NCBI GenBank assembly: GCA_004322045.1
Contig: SCRN01000009.1
Span: 35,949-99,948, forward strand
Direction: 5' to 3'
From: Paraburkholderia sp.
GTDB lineage: Bacteria; Pseudomonadota; Gammaproteobacteria; Burkholderiales; Burkholderiaceae
Length of the DNA stretch: 64,000 nt
Part shown: in pieces, positions 1 through 9,685 of the stretch
Layout of the letters: every line of letters starts with the position of its first letter
How positions within the stretch are numbered: position 1 is the stretch's first letter
Notes under the pieces: model-generated
Told to the model about the DNA's origin: nothing
The model's database searches: none
What the model saw: only the letters and a program-made list of their open reading frames with translations
Made by a program: the position numbers and the translations under genes

Positions 1-148
1 CGATTCACTTTACTCAATACACCCATCAGGGCAGCCACTTAACCTTAAATGACAGGCTTGTCGCCTTTTCGTCAGAACATCGGTAGTCCTTTGCAATTTA
101 AGGCATCGCTCGATTGATCATCGAGGTCCTCATTGAAAAACATCATCC

Positions 149-1894
149 ATGATCGATCGAATTTCAACGTTCCTGACGAATTTAGCCGACTGCCTTGCCC
201 TCATGAGGCGAGCCGCACCGCGCGCGTTCTATCTGACGATAGCGACAAACATACTTGCCGGCCTCGTCCCGTCAGTCCTCGTCTACATCGGCGCACAGCT
301 TATTGCGCATATGACAGGGGGCAACATGCTCGCAACAGTCGGCGGCATGATCGCGGCTTACGTCGCTCTCAGCGGATTCCAAGATTGCCTAACCACCACA
401 TCGAGTTTTGTGGTCGATACGCTGCGTGACGCCGTGCGCATGTCCGTCAAATCCGACGTCAACCGCGCCATTTCAACGTTTTCCGATCTCAGCATTCACG
501 AAGAGAAGGCGCTGCGCGAAACGGCCGTCCTTTGCGAGAGCACCGGCGATTCGATTGGCGACCTGATCAGCCATCTGTACGCAGTCAGCTTGGGCTGCGT
601 AATGGTCGTCCCCGTCACGTTGTTGACGGGTTCGATCGCTTGGTGGATACCATGCGTGATGCTGGCCGGCATGACCCCGCTCATGATCGTGCGCGCTCGG
701 GGAGAAAGGGCAAGCTGGGACGTACAGGAGCAATATGCATCGACGTTCAACGAATTGCGCATCCTAGATCGAGTTTTGACCCAGCCTGAGTTCGCTAAGG
801 ACTTGCGCACTTATTGCATGCAACCGCGCTTGCTCGATCGCTGGCGCACCCTCTACCGCGCATACTTGCAAACCGCCACAAGCGTCCGCAAGCGTAATGC
901 ACTGAAGCTCAGCGGCGCCTCGCTTTTCGCGAGCCTATGCCTGGCCGCACCGATCTACGCGATCGCCGCCGGCTTTCAAGATGAAAAGTTCGCCGTGGCC
1001 CATCTGGCCGTGTTTCTTGGCGCGCTCGTTCAAATGCGCGACGCACTTGCGGCCATCACGTACAATTTCGGCGATCTGCTTGGCGTTTCATTCGCCGTCC
1101 GGCCCTATAGAAAACTATTGAGCGAACATGCCGCCCAGGCGAGGAAAAACCACCGCGAGCCACCAGCGCAGCTTCCCGTAGCTTGCGCCGGGCTAGACCT
1201 TAGGGCGGTCTCGTTCAGATATCGCAACGCGAGCCACTTTGCGCTTCAGTCAATTGATTTATGCGTACCGCAAGGCAGCGCGATTGCGATCGTCGGTGAT
1301 AACGGCGCCGGCAAATCAAGCCTGATGAAGATACTCGTTGGCTTTTACCATCCCAATTCGGGAACGATTGAGCATGCGATATCGAGCACAACGGCGGAAG
1401 TGGCCGGCGTCTTCCAAGATTTCGCGAAGTTTCCGCTAAGCGTGCGCGACAATCTGGCTGCATACGATTTAGACGATTGCTCATTGATAGACACGCTGCG
1501 TGCTGTCGGTCTCGACGATTTGGCAAATCACATCGATATACCCCTTACGACAGAGATCGAAGGTGGATTCGATCTTTCCGGCGGCCAGTGGCAACGGCTT
1601 GCGATCGCCCGAGCGATCCTCCACGCCGACCGCTCGAGCTTGCTCGTCTTCGACGAACCCACTTCGGCACTGGATCCAGAATCGGAAGCGGAGATCATGC
1701 AGTTGATCTTGCGAGCGGCAACCGGCAAGACGACCTTTATCGTCAGTCATCGGCTCGCGCTCACGCGCTTCGTCGATCGCATCGTCGTACTTGAGCAGGG
1801 ACGCATCGTGGAGCAAGGCTCACATGCGGCACTTCTCGAAGCGAACGGCAAATACGCACGAATGTTTCATGCACAAGCTCAGTTTTATCGATGA
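149..1894 (+). CDS. ABC transporter, fused permease/ATP-binding protein
   Basis: 581-aa ORF. The hydrophobic N-terminal half is followed by Walker A GDNGAGKSS, ABC signature LSGGQWQR and Walker B LLVFDEPTSALD. Confidence 0.85.
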   Translation: MIDRISTFLTNLADCLALMRRAAPRAFYLTIATNILAGLVPSVLVYIGAQLIAHMTGGNMLATVGGMIAAYVALSGFQDCLTTTSSFVVDTLRDAVRMSVKSDVNRAISTFSDLSIHEEKALRETAVLCESTGDSIGDLISHLYAVSLGCVMVVPVTLLTGSIAWWIPCVMLAGMTPLMIVRARGERASWDVQEQYASTFNELRILDRVLTQPEFAKDLRTYCMQPRLLDRWRTLYRAYLQTATSVRKRNALKLSGASLFASLCLAAPIYAIAAGFQDEKFAVAHLAVFLGALVQMRDALAAITYNFGDLLGVSFAVRPYRKLLSEHAAQARKNHREPPAQLPVACAGLDLRAVSFRYRNASHFALQSIDLCVPQGSAIAIVGDNGAGKSSLMKILVGFYHPNSGTIEHAISSTTAEVAGVFQDFAKFPLSVRDNLAAYDLDDCSLIDTLRAVGLDDLANHIDIPLTTEIEGGFDLSGGQWQRLAIARAILHADRSSLLVFDEPTSALDPESEAEIMQLILRAATGKTTFIVSHRLALTRFVDRIVVLEQGRIVEQGSHAALLEANGKYARMFHAQAQFYR

Positions 1895-1940
1895 CAGCGC
1901 ACTGGCAACGATTGGCAACGAACGCGCATTTGGGTTCCTT

Positions 1941-2933
1941 CTACGGCGTGTGCCGCCCCCGCACCGTCAGCCGCACAGACACTTCATCGACGAGCCCACG
2001 CAACCACGCCACGTCGTGCGGTCGATCCGGCTGCGGATGCCAAAGGAGATAGCACTTGATCCGCGGAAACGGAATCGGCGCATCGCGCACGGCGAGCGGC
2101 AACACGCGCGCATAGTGCGTCGCGAAACGCCGCGTCGTCGTGAAGATCAGGTCCGAACGCAGCAACACCTGCGGCACGAGGCCGAAGTATGGCAGCGTCG
2201 TCACCACCCGGCGTGCGGCGCCCGCGCGCGCCAACCCGATCTCGATCGCATTGCGCCGGGCGCCGCTATAAGGCGTCGGCGCGAGATGCGCGGCCGCGAA
2301 ATACGCATCGGGCGTGAGCGGTGCCTGCGCGAGCGGATGGTCGGCGCGCATCAGACAAACAACCGTATCGCTGAACAAATCGCTGCGCGCGAAGCGAGCA
2401 TCGGGCTTGGGCCAATTGCCGAGCACGAGATCGAGCTCGCCGGCGTCAAGCGCCGCGGAATGATCGAGCGTGGGATTGAGCGAATCGATTTCGAGCCGTG
2501 CATGCGGCGCCGCTTCGCGAAACCGGGCAATCAACGTCGGCATGAAGAAGTCGTTCAGATAATCGGGCGCCGCGATCCTGAACGTACGGCGCGTGAGCGC
2601 CGGATCGAAGTTGCCATGCGGCGTGGCGACGAAATCCACTTCGCGCAGCGTCCGCTGCACAGGCCCGAGCAGCGACTCGCCGAATTCAGTCGGCACCATG
2701 CCGGTCTTGCCGCGCACGAGAATCGGATCGCCGAGCGCTTCGCGCAACTTGCGCAACGCCGTACTGATCGCGGGCTGCGTTTGGTTCAGGCGTAACGCGG
2801 CCTGCGTGACGCTGCGCTCGGTCAGCAGCGTGCGCAGGACGCGCAGCAGCCAGATGTCGAGCGCATCCGCGGCACGCTCGGCATTCGAAGGCGCTTCTAA
2901 ACGGCCGGCATCGCGGCGCGTCGGCAGCGTCAC
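1941..2933 (-). CDS. LysR-family transcriptional regulator
   Basis: HTH segment SVTQAALRLNQTQPAISTALRKLR plus a LysR substrate-binding-like C-terminus. The track ORF runs to 3041, but a GTG at 2933 overlaps the upstream gene stop (GTGA) and is the more plausible start. The start remains uncertain. Confidence 0.75.
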   Translation of the reverse strand: MTLPTRRDAGRLEAPSNAERAADALDIWLLRVLRTLLTERSVTQAALRLNQTQPAISTALRKLREALGDPILVRGKTGMVPTEFGESLLGPVQRTLREVDFVATPHGNFDPALTRRTFRIAAPDYLNDFFMPTLIARFREAAPHARLEIDSLNPTLDHSAALDAGELDLVLGNWPKPDARFARSDLFSDTVVCLMRADHPLAQAPLTPDAYFAAAHLAPTPYSGARRNAIEIGLARAGAARRVVTTLPYFGLVPQVLLRSDLIFTTTRRFATHYARVLPLAVRDAPIPFPRIKCYLLWHPQPDRPHDVAWLRGLVDEVSVRLTVRGRHTP

Positions 2934-3571
2934 AGCGTCGCCCCGCTCGGGAGCTCGCCGATACGCTTGACCTCGGGCGATTCGAGCCAACCGGGCGAAC
3001 GCGCACAGTACAGCACCATCGGCAAGGCGTCTTCGCCCCAAAACAACTGCCGATGCAGCCGGAACGTCGGCACACCGAATACGCCCAGCGCCACCGCATC
3101 GTCGAAATTGCGTTGCAGGCGCGCCTTCGTATCGGGATGCTCGATTAGCCGCTCACCGTGCGGCAAGTTCAGCAGTTGGCACAGATCGGCGAAACCATCG
3201 GGTGTCGACGGGTCGCGCCCGTCGCGCCAAATGAAGCGAAAGATCGTGCAGACCGTGGGCAAGTCGGCCTCGATCGCGGCGGCCAAGAGCAGCACCTTCG
3301 TCGAGTCGAACGGGTGGACAGGCGGCATTCGGAACGGAATGCCGAGTTGCTCCGCGCGAAACAGCGCGTGCCGATAGACGAACAGCCGCTTTTGCGGCAC
3401 TTCGTTCGCGGGGCGCTGCCCCCAATGCCGATACAGCGCATAGACGGACACGGGCACCAGCGAAAACGGCATGCTGGGCCACTTGTCGTGCTGCTCGAGC
3501 AGCAGGTACGAAAACGGCGACACGAAATCGTAGAACCAGAGCGGCGACGCCGCGTCGATCGGTTGAGTCAT
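2930..3571 (-). CDS. 2-hydroxychromene-2-carboxylate isomerase / DsbA-like thioredoxin-fold protein
   Basis: 213-aa ORF whose N-terminal FYDFVSPFSYL motif is typical of the HCCA isomerase/DsbA-like family. Confidence 0.7.
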   Translation of the reverse strand: MTQPIDAASPLWFYDFVSPFSYLLLEQHDKWPSMPFSLVPVSVYALYRHWGQRPANEVPQKRLFVYRHALFRAEQLGIPFRMPPVHPFDSTKVLLLAAAIEADLPTVCTIFRFIWRDGRDPSTPDGFADLCQLLNLPHGERLIEHPDTKARLQRNFDDAVALGVFGVPTFRLHRQLFWGEDALPMVLYCARSPGWLESPEVKRIGELPSGATL

Positions 3572-3648
3572 GAAGGTCTCCGGTGGGTCCGGTCGCGGCT
3601 CGCCGCGTCAAGCGGCGGCCGCCCCGGCCGCCCCTCTTCTGAAACATC

Positions 3649-5250
3649 TTACGCGCCGCCCGCCTCCGTGTGGGTGTGCTCGTCATACGCTTGGGCGAGC
3701 CGCGCACGCACGAAGCCGATATGTTCGCGCAGCACGTAGAACTGGTCGGCATACGCAAGCGGCATCTTCAGCCGGTTCACGGCGCCCTCGATCTCGCTCA
3801 GCTTGGCGCGCGAGGCGGCGCGCTCTTCCTCGGTCGCATTCTCGTCCAGCGCCGAGCGCTCGATCGCGATCAGCGCGCCATACCAGCGGTAAATGCGCGA
3901 CTTCACACGCCAGGCATAGAGCGATGGGATGAGCCGCACGCCCGGAATCAGCACGACGACGATCGGCACGATCAGCACGATGAGCCGGTCGGCCAGGCTC
4001 GCGAGCCAGAACGGCAGCACCCGGTACAAGAAGCTCTTACCCGATTTGTAGTAGCGCGCGGCGTCGCTGCTGATGGGGAAATCGTGCATGACCGGCGATG
4101 GAAACTCGCCCGCGCTCTGCAAGAGATTGGCACGGCCGTGGACCTCCTTCGCCGCTTCGACGAGCAGGTCCGAAAGCGCCGGATGCAACGAGTCGCGAGC
4201 AACGAGTTCGGCCGTGGGCGCGACGGTATGCACCGACTCGGGCGGCAGGTTCTTGCCGAGGTCGAATGCGCCCATCGGCAACTCGATATCGGTCAAGTAC
4301 GGGAAGCGGCGAGCGTAGGCGCGCGCCTGTTTGAACGAGAACAGCCGCACGCCCGGCGTGCGCAGGAGCCGCGCCATGACGGGAGGCTGCGCCGAATCGC
4401 CGGCCAAGAAAGCCGCGTCGATCTCGTGCGTCGTCAGCGCATGGGCTGCCGCTTCCCCCGTCAGCGGCAACAACGTCGTATCGCCCCCGGGCTCGATCCC
4501 GTTCGCCTTGAGCAGCGCGAGCGCCAACGCGCGCGTGCCGCTGCCCTCGGGGCCGATCGCGACGCGCTTGCCGGCGAACGCCGACAAGCGCAGCCGCTTG
4601 GGCCCTTCGTAGAAGATGACGAGTGGCACGTAGGCGACGCTGCCGAGCGAGACGAGGTGCTCGGCGTCATGGCTGCCGCCCGCCGGTTGCGACGCGCCGG
4701 ACGGTGACGAACCGCCTTGCGGCGCCGGCGCAGCGGATGTCGAGGCCTGGGCCGCCTCGGCCGACGCCGCGCTGACACCCTGTGCGGCGTTGGCCGCATG
4801 AGCGGCGCCCGAGCTCGCAGACGAAGGCGAAGGCGCCAGCGCCGCGAGCGTCACCCCGCTTTGCACGAACCCCACATCGACGGATGCGTTGGGATCGGAC
4901 AGCCGCTCGAGGTTCTGCATCGATCCGGCCGAGGGCAGTACCTTCAGCGTGACGCCATTGCGCGCGAGGATGGCTTTGTAGCGCTCGGCCGCATTCCAGA
5001 ACGAACTGCCGGGCGGTCCCGCCGTAATCGTCAGCATATTGGGCGGCGCGGGCTGGATCAAACGAATCGCGAGCCAGATCGCCGCGGCCGAAATGGCGAC
5101 GATCGGCCCCATCGTCACGATGAGATCGCGCCAGGAAACGGCAATGACGCGCGCGACGAAACGTGACGGGCGCGGCGGGCGCAGCATGCGCGACATGCTG
5201 GGCATGCGCGGCAGCCGCGGCTTGCGAGAGGGGCGGTGAGGATCGGACAT
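3649..5250 (-). CDS. TAXI-family TRAP transporter solute-binding protein, membrane-anchored
   Basis: N-terminal TM, a TAXI-like core (LTITAGPPGSSFW, RVAIGPEGSGT), C-terminal TM segments and a coiled tail. Start moved to MSDPHRP (ATG at 5250) so it does not overlap the upstream gene. Confidence 0.6.
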   Translation of the reverse strand: MSDPHRPSRKPRLPRMPSMSRMLRPPRPSRFVARVIAVSWRDLIVTMGPIVAISAAAIWLAIRLIQPAPPNMLTITAGPPGSSFWNAAERYKAILARNGVTLKVLPSAGSMQNLERLSDPNASVDVGFVQSGVTLAALAPSPSSASSGAAHAANAAQGVSAASAEAAQASTSAAPAPQGGSSPSGASQPAGGSHDAEHLVSLGSVAYVPLVIFYEGPKRLRLSAFAGKRVAIGPEGSGTRALALALLKANGIEPGGDTTLLPLTGEAAAHALTTHEIDAAFLAGDSAQPPVMARLLRTPGVRLFSFKQARAYARRFPYLTDIELPMGAFDLGKNLPPESVHTVAPTAELVARDSLHPALSDLLVEAAKEVHGRANLLQSAGEFPSPVMHDFPISSDAARYYKSGKSFLYRVLPFWLASLADRLIVLIVPIVVVLIPGVRLIPSLYAWRVKSRIYRWYGALIAIERSALDENATEEERAASRAKLSEIEGAVNRLKMPLAYADQFYVLREHIGFVRARLAQAYDEHTHTEAGGA

Positions 5251-5252
5251 CG

Positions 5253-6368
5253 TCAACGCTGGCCGAATCCCGCGCCGAGGAATAGATCCTTGTACTCGCG
5301 CGGCTGCGAGCGCCAATACTGTTTTGGCGCATGCACCTGCGCGCCGAGCCTAGCCGCCGCATGCCAAGGCCAGCGCGGATCGTAAAGCATCGCCCGCGCA
5401 AGCGACACGGCATCCGCTTCCCCTGCCTCGATGATCGCTTCGGCTTGCTCGGGATCGGTGATGAGGCCCACTGCGATCGTCGGAAGACCCACCTCGGCCT
5501 TCACGCGCTGCGCATAGGGCACTTGATAGCCCGGGCCGAGCTTGATCGCTTGCTCGGGCGAAACGCCGCCCGTGGTCACATGAATGGCCGTGCAGCCACG
5601 CGCTTTCAGCGCCGTGGCCAGCGCGACGGTACCGTCGATGTCCCATCCGCCCGGCACCCAGTCCGTCGCCGATATGCGCGCCCAGACGGGGCGCTCGGCA
5701 GGAAACGCAGCGCGCACCGCTTCGAAGACTTCGATCGGAAAGCGCATGCGGTTTTCGAGGCTGCCGCCATACTCGTCATCGCGGCGATTGGCGATCGGCG
5801 ACAAAAATTGATGCAGCAGATAGCCATGAGCCGCGTGAATCTCGATACCGTCGATCCCAAGCCGCGCCGCACGCCGGGCAGCGGCCACGAAATCGTCGCG
5901 GACCTTGTCGAGCCCCGCCCGGTCGAGCATGGCGGGCGCCTCTTCGTCCTTGGCATGCGGCACGGGCGACGGTGCAACCGTCTTCCAGCCGAGCGGCTCG
6001 CTCGAGCGAATCTGCGCGCCGCCGTCCCATGGCGCGCTGCTCGATCCCTTGCGGCCCGCGTGGCCGAGTTGCACGGCGAGCACGATGGGCGAGTACTTGC
6101 GCACGGTCGCAAGCACACGCGCCAGCGCAGTTTCGTTTTCGTCGGAATAAAGCCCAAGGTCGCCGGCCGAAATGCGGCCCTCGGGCGAGACGGCCGTCGC
6201 CTCCAAGATCAAGAGGCCCGCGCCCGATAGCGCGAGATGGCCGAGGTGAATCATGTGCCAATCGGTCGCCGAACCGCCTTCAGCCGAGTACTGGCACATC
6301 GGGGCGATGACGATGCGGTTGGCTAGCGCAAGGTTGCCGATGGACATCGGCTCGAATAAACGGCTCAT
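5253..6368 (-). CDS. NADH:flavin oxidoreductase, Old Yellow Enzyme family
   Basis: MSRLFEPMSIGNLALANRIVIAPMCQY and HAAHGYLLHQFLSP motifs. The track ORF (to 6647) carries a 93-aa Arg-rich extension, so the internal ATG at 6368 was chosen. Confidence 0.85.
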   Translation of the reverse strand: MSRLFEPMSIGNLALANRIVIAPMCQYSAEGGSATDWHMIHLGHLALSGAGLLILEATAVSPEGRISAGDLGLYSDENETALARVLATVRKYSPIVLAVQLGHAGRKGSSSAPWDGGAQIRSSEPLGWKTVAPSPVPHAKDEEAPAMLDRAGLDKVRDDFVAAARRAARLGIDGIEIHAAHGYLLHQFLSPIANRRDDEYGGSLENRMRFPIEVFEAVRAAFPAERPVWARISATDWVPGGWDIDGTVALATALKARGCTAIHVTTGGVSPEQAIKLGPGYQVPYAQRVKAEVGLPTIAVGLITDPEQAEAIIEAGEADAVSLARAMLYDPRWPWHAAARLGAQVHAPKQYWRSQPREYKDLFLGAGFGQR

Positions 6369-6571
6369 GGCGGGTTCCTCGATCGGTGGACGCCCGCGAC
6401 AGGCACGGGCTGGGCCGGTCGCGCACGATACGGCCGTGCGCGCGGCGCATGCGCGAGCGAGCCGAGCCCGCCAGCGCACTGCATCGCCGTGCAGCATAAG
6501 GGATACCGCCGGAAATTGCTGCTTTCGAGCGCCGGTTGCCGCCGACGAGCGGCGCCATGTCGAGATAAGAA

Positions 6572-7105
6572 CTAGGCGGATGCCGCTACCGTGCGGGCGG
6601 CCGATGCGCTCGCCACGCGCGTGCGCACCTGCATCAATTGCGCACAAACGGCGACGGCGATCGACGCCGGCGCCTTATCGGCGATGCCGGGCACGCCGAT
6701 CGGGCAGATCATCCGCTGCAGCCGTTCGGGTTCGACGCCGCGTTCGGTCAAGCGCCGCTCGAACTTCACGCGCTTGGTCTTCGAGCCGATCATGCCGAAA
6801 TAGGCGAAGTCGCGCCGGCGCATGATCCGCTCGGCCAGCGCGAGGTCGAGCGCATGATTGTGCGTCATGACGAGGAAACAACTGCCGGGGGGCGCAGCGT
6901 CGATGACGGCTTCGGGCGTGTCGGTGGCTTCGACCTGGACGTTCGCAGGCACTTCTTCGGGGAAGCATTCGTCGCGCGCATCGATCCATTGAACGACGCA
7001 CGGCAGCGCGCCGAGCAGTGCGACGAGCGCATGGCCCACGTGCCCGGCGCCGAACAACACGATATGCAGCGGCGGCGTACGAGCGGCCGGCGGGCGCGCA
7101 TTCAT
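6572..7105 (-). CDS. xdhC: XdhC-like xanthine dehydrogenase accessory protein (C-terminal Rossmann-like domain only)
   Basis: Lies directly downstream of xdhB with a 4-nt overlap. Carries the LFGAGHVGHAL nucleotide-binding-like motif and the MTHNHALD motif of the XdhC C-terminal domain. Confidence 0.65.
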   Translation of the reverse strand: MNARPPAARTPPLHIVLFGAGHVGHALVALLGALPCVVQWIDARDECFPEEVPANVQVEATDTPEAVIDAAPPGSCFLVMTHNHALDLALAERIMRRRDFAYFGMIGSKTKRVKFERRLTERGVEPERLQRMICPIGVPGIADKAPASIAVAVCAQLMQVRTRVASASAARTVAASA

Positions 7106-9549
7106 TTGGCGGCCCCTACCCCTGCCGCGAGGGCCGACGCGTTGTCCGCACGCGGTGCGAGATCCCCGCGCGCCGCGCGCACGGCTGCCACGGCCTTCAG
7201 GATGGCTTCGCCCGTCGCCGGAGCGTTCAATGGCGGGTTGATCTGATAGTCCGCCACGCTTGCCACCGCATCGCGGATCGCGAAGAACACGGAAAAAGGC
7301 AACAGCAGCGGCGGCTCGCCCACCGCCTTCGAGCGATGAATGCTCTCCTCCGCGTTACAGTTGTCGAAGAGCCGAACGCGCAGATCCGGCGGGCAATCGT
7401 TGACCGTGGGGATCTTGTAAGTCGAGGGGGCATGCGTCATCAGCTTGCCCTCCCCATTCCACCAGAGTTCCTCGGTCGTCAGCCAGCCCATGCCCTGGAT
7501 GAAAGCGCCTTCGACTTGGCCGATGTCGATCGCCGGATTGAGCGAGGCCCCGACATCGTGCAGCACATCCGCGCGCAACACGCGCATCTCACCCGTCAAC
7601 GTATCGATGACCACTTCGGACACGGCCGCCCCATACGCGAAGTAGTAGAACGGGCGGCCCTGCAGCTTCTGTTGATCCCAATAGAGCTTGGGCGTCGCAT
7701 AGAAACCGTCGGACCACAACTGCACGCGCGCCAGATACGCCTGGGCGACGATCTCTTCGAACGCGATCGCGCGCTCGCCGACATGAACCGTGTCGTTCTC
7801 GAACACGACCTCGCTCGCTTCGATGCCGTCCGCGCCGAACCGCTGCGCCGCGAACGTCGCGAGGCGCTCGCGCAATTGGCGCGCGGCATCCTGTGCGGCC
7901 TTGCCGTTCAGATCCGAGCCCGTCGAGGCCGCCGTGGCCGACGTATTGGCCACTTTGCTCGTATCGGTCGCCGTCACGCGCACGCGTGCGAAGGCGATGC
8001 CCAGTTCGTGCGCGACGACCTGCGCCACCTTCGTGTTGAGCCCCTGGCCCATTTCGGTCCCGCCATGATTGACGAGCACGGAGCCATCCGTATAGATGTG
8101 CACGAGCGCGCCGGCTTGATTGAGGTGCGTCACGTTGAACGCGATACCGAACTTGACCGGCGTCAGTGCAATCCCCTTCTTGAGCACCGCATTGCGCGCA
8201 TTGAACTCGCGCACTTGCTCGCGCCGGCGGCGATAGTCGCTCGACGTTTCGAGCTCGTCGATGAGCTCGTGGATCACATTGTCCTCGACCGTCTGCCCGT
8301 ACGGCGTCACGTTGCGCTCGGTCTTACCGTATAGGTTGCGCCGCCGCACATCGAGCGGATCGAGTTTCAGCGAACGGGCGATGTTGTCGATGATGTATTC
8401 GATCGCAAACGCACCCTGCGGCCCGCCGAAGCCGCGGAACGCCGTGTTCGACTGCGTATTCGTTTTGCCGCAGAAGCCTTCGATGGCGACATCGGGCAAC
8501 CAATAGGCGTTGTCGAAGTGGCAGACCGCGCGCGTCATGACCGGGCCCGACAAGTCGGCCGAGAACCCGCAACGCGATGTCATATCGACCGAGACGCCTT
8601 CGATCGCGCCGTCGTCGCCATATCCCACTTCGTACCGGTAGTGGAAATCGTGGCGCTTGCCCGTGATCAGCATGTCGTCGTCTCGGTCCGGGCGCAGCTT
8701 GACCGGACACATCAGCTTCCATGCAGCCAGCGCCGCGCAGCAAGCGAATAGCGCCGATTGCGATTCCTTGCCGCCGAAGCCGCCGCCCATGCGCCGGCAT
8801 TCGATGACGACCTGATGCGAGGCAAGCCCAAGCACTTGCGCGACGTGGTGTTGCATCTCAGAGGGGTGCTGGGTCGAGCACCAGACATGCATTCCGTCAT
8901 CGTCCTTCGGCACCGCATACGCAATCTGGCCTTCCAGATAAAACTGCTCCTGGCCGCCCAGCCGCAGTTCGCCCGCGTCACGATGCGGCGAACGGGCGAT
9001 CTTCGTCGCAGGCTCGCCTCGGGCGAGCTTCATCGGCGGCAGCACGGACTGATTGGCCGCGCGCGCCGCTTGCGCCGTCAGCACCGCCGGCAAATCCTCG
9101 TATTGAACCTTGGCACGGCGGGCGGCCAGGCGCGCGCCATCGTGCGAAGTCGCCACGACGAGGAACATCGGCTGTCCGACGTATTGCACGACACCATCGG
9201 CAAGAATCGGATCGTCATGCAAGATCGGCCCGCAATCGTTGGCGCCGGGGATATCTTCTGCCGTGAAAACGGCCACGACGCCAGGCGTCGCCCGCACGGC
9301 GTCCAGATCGAGCGATACGATCTTCGCGTGGGGCTTGGCCGATAAGCCGAGCGCGGCGTGCAGCGTGCCCGCCACGAGCGGTATGTCGTCCGTGTACGTG
9401 GCGCGGCCGCTCACATGCAAGTGCGCAGATTCGTGCGGCCGCGAATCGTGCACTTGGCGCAGCGCAGCGCCTTTGCGTTGGCGTTGGCGTTCGCCTTCGT
9501 GTTTGCCTGGGGCCAACTCGGTCATAAACGGTTCGGCTTGCTGATTCAT
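7102..9549 (-). CDS. xdhB: xanthine dehydrogenase molybdopterin-binding large subunit
   Basis: 815 aa with aldehyde oxidase/xanthine dehydrogenase a/b-hammerhead and MoCo-binding motifs (GGGFGGKE, GTEMGQGL, AVGEPP). Sits downstream of xdhA. Confidence 0.9.
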   Translation of the reverse strand: MNQQAEPFMTELAPGKHEGERQRQRKGAALRQVHDSRPHESAHLHVSGRATYTDDIPLVAGTLHAALGLSAKPHAKIVSLDLDAVRATPGVVAVFTAEDIPGANDCGPILHDDPILADGVVQYVGQPMFLVVATSHDGARLAARRAKVQYEDLPAVLTAQAARAANQSVLPPMKLARGEPATKIARSPHRDAGELRLGGQEQFYLEGQIAYAVPKDDDGMHVWCSTQHPSEMQHHVAQVLGLASHQVVIECRRMGGGFGGKESQSALFACCAALAAWKLMCPVKLRPDRDDDMLITGKRHDFHYRYEVGYGDDGAIEGVSVDMTSRCGFSADLSGPVMTRAVCHFDNAYWLPDVAIEGFCGKTNTQSNTAFRGFGGPQGAFAIEYIIDNIARSLKLDPLDVRRRNLYGKTERNVTPYGQTVEDNVIHELIDELETSSDYRRRREQVREFNARNAVLKKGIALTPVKFGIAFNVTHLNQAGALVHIYTDGSVLVNHGGTEMGQGLNTKVAQVVAHELGIAFARVRVTATDTSKVANTSATAASTGSDLNGKAAQDAARQLRERLATFAAQRFGADGIEASEVVFENDTVHVGERAIAFEEIVAQAYLARVQLWSDGFYATPKLYWDQQKLQGRPFYYFAYGAAVSEVVIDTLTGEMRVLRADVLHDVGASLNPAIDIGQVEGAFIQGMGWLTTEELWWNGEGKLMTHAPSTYKIPTVNDCPPDLRVRLFDNCNAEESIHRSKAVGEPPLLLPFSVFFAIRDAVASVADYQINPPLNAPATGEAILKAVAAVRAARGDLAPRADNASALAAGVGAAK

Positions 9550-9685
9550 CGCTCGTCTCGATCTATCTTGTCTCGATCTATCTATCTCGTTCTCGCTTCG
9601 CTTCCGTACAGGTCGCTCGGTGCTTCGATCGACGCTTCCTGGGTTCGAAGCTGGGCGCTCGCCCGTTGCCGGGCGCCGTCGCTTC

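Noticed and set aside
7018-8334. 438-aa plus-strand ORF, together with similar ORFs at 1791..2795, 3670..4707, 5331..6230, 34244..35584, 35908..37287, 40913..41899 and 60132..61562
   Set aside because: All overlap stronger genes on the opposite strand or in another frame, and all have Arg/Pro/His-rich composition characteristic of non-coding frames in GC-rich DNA.
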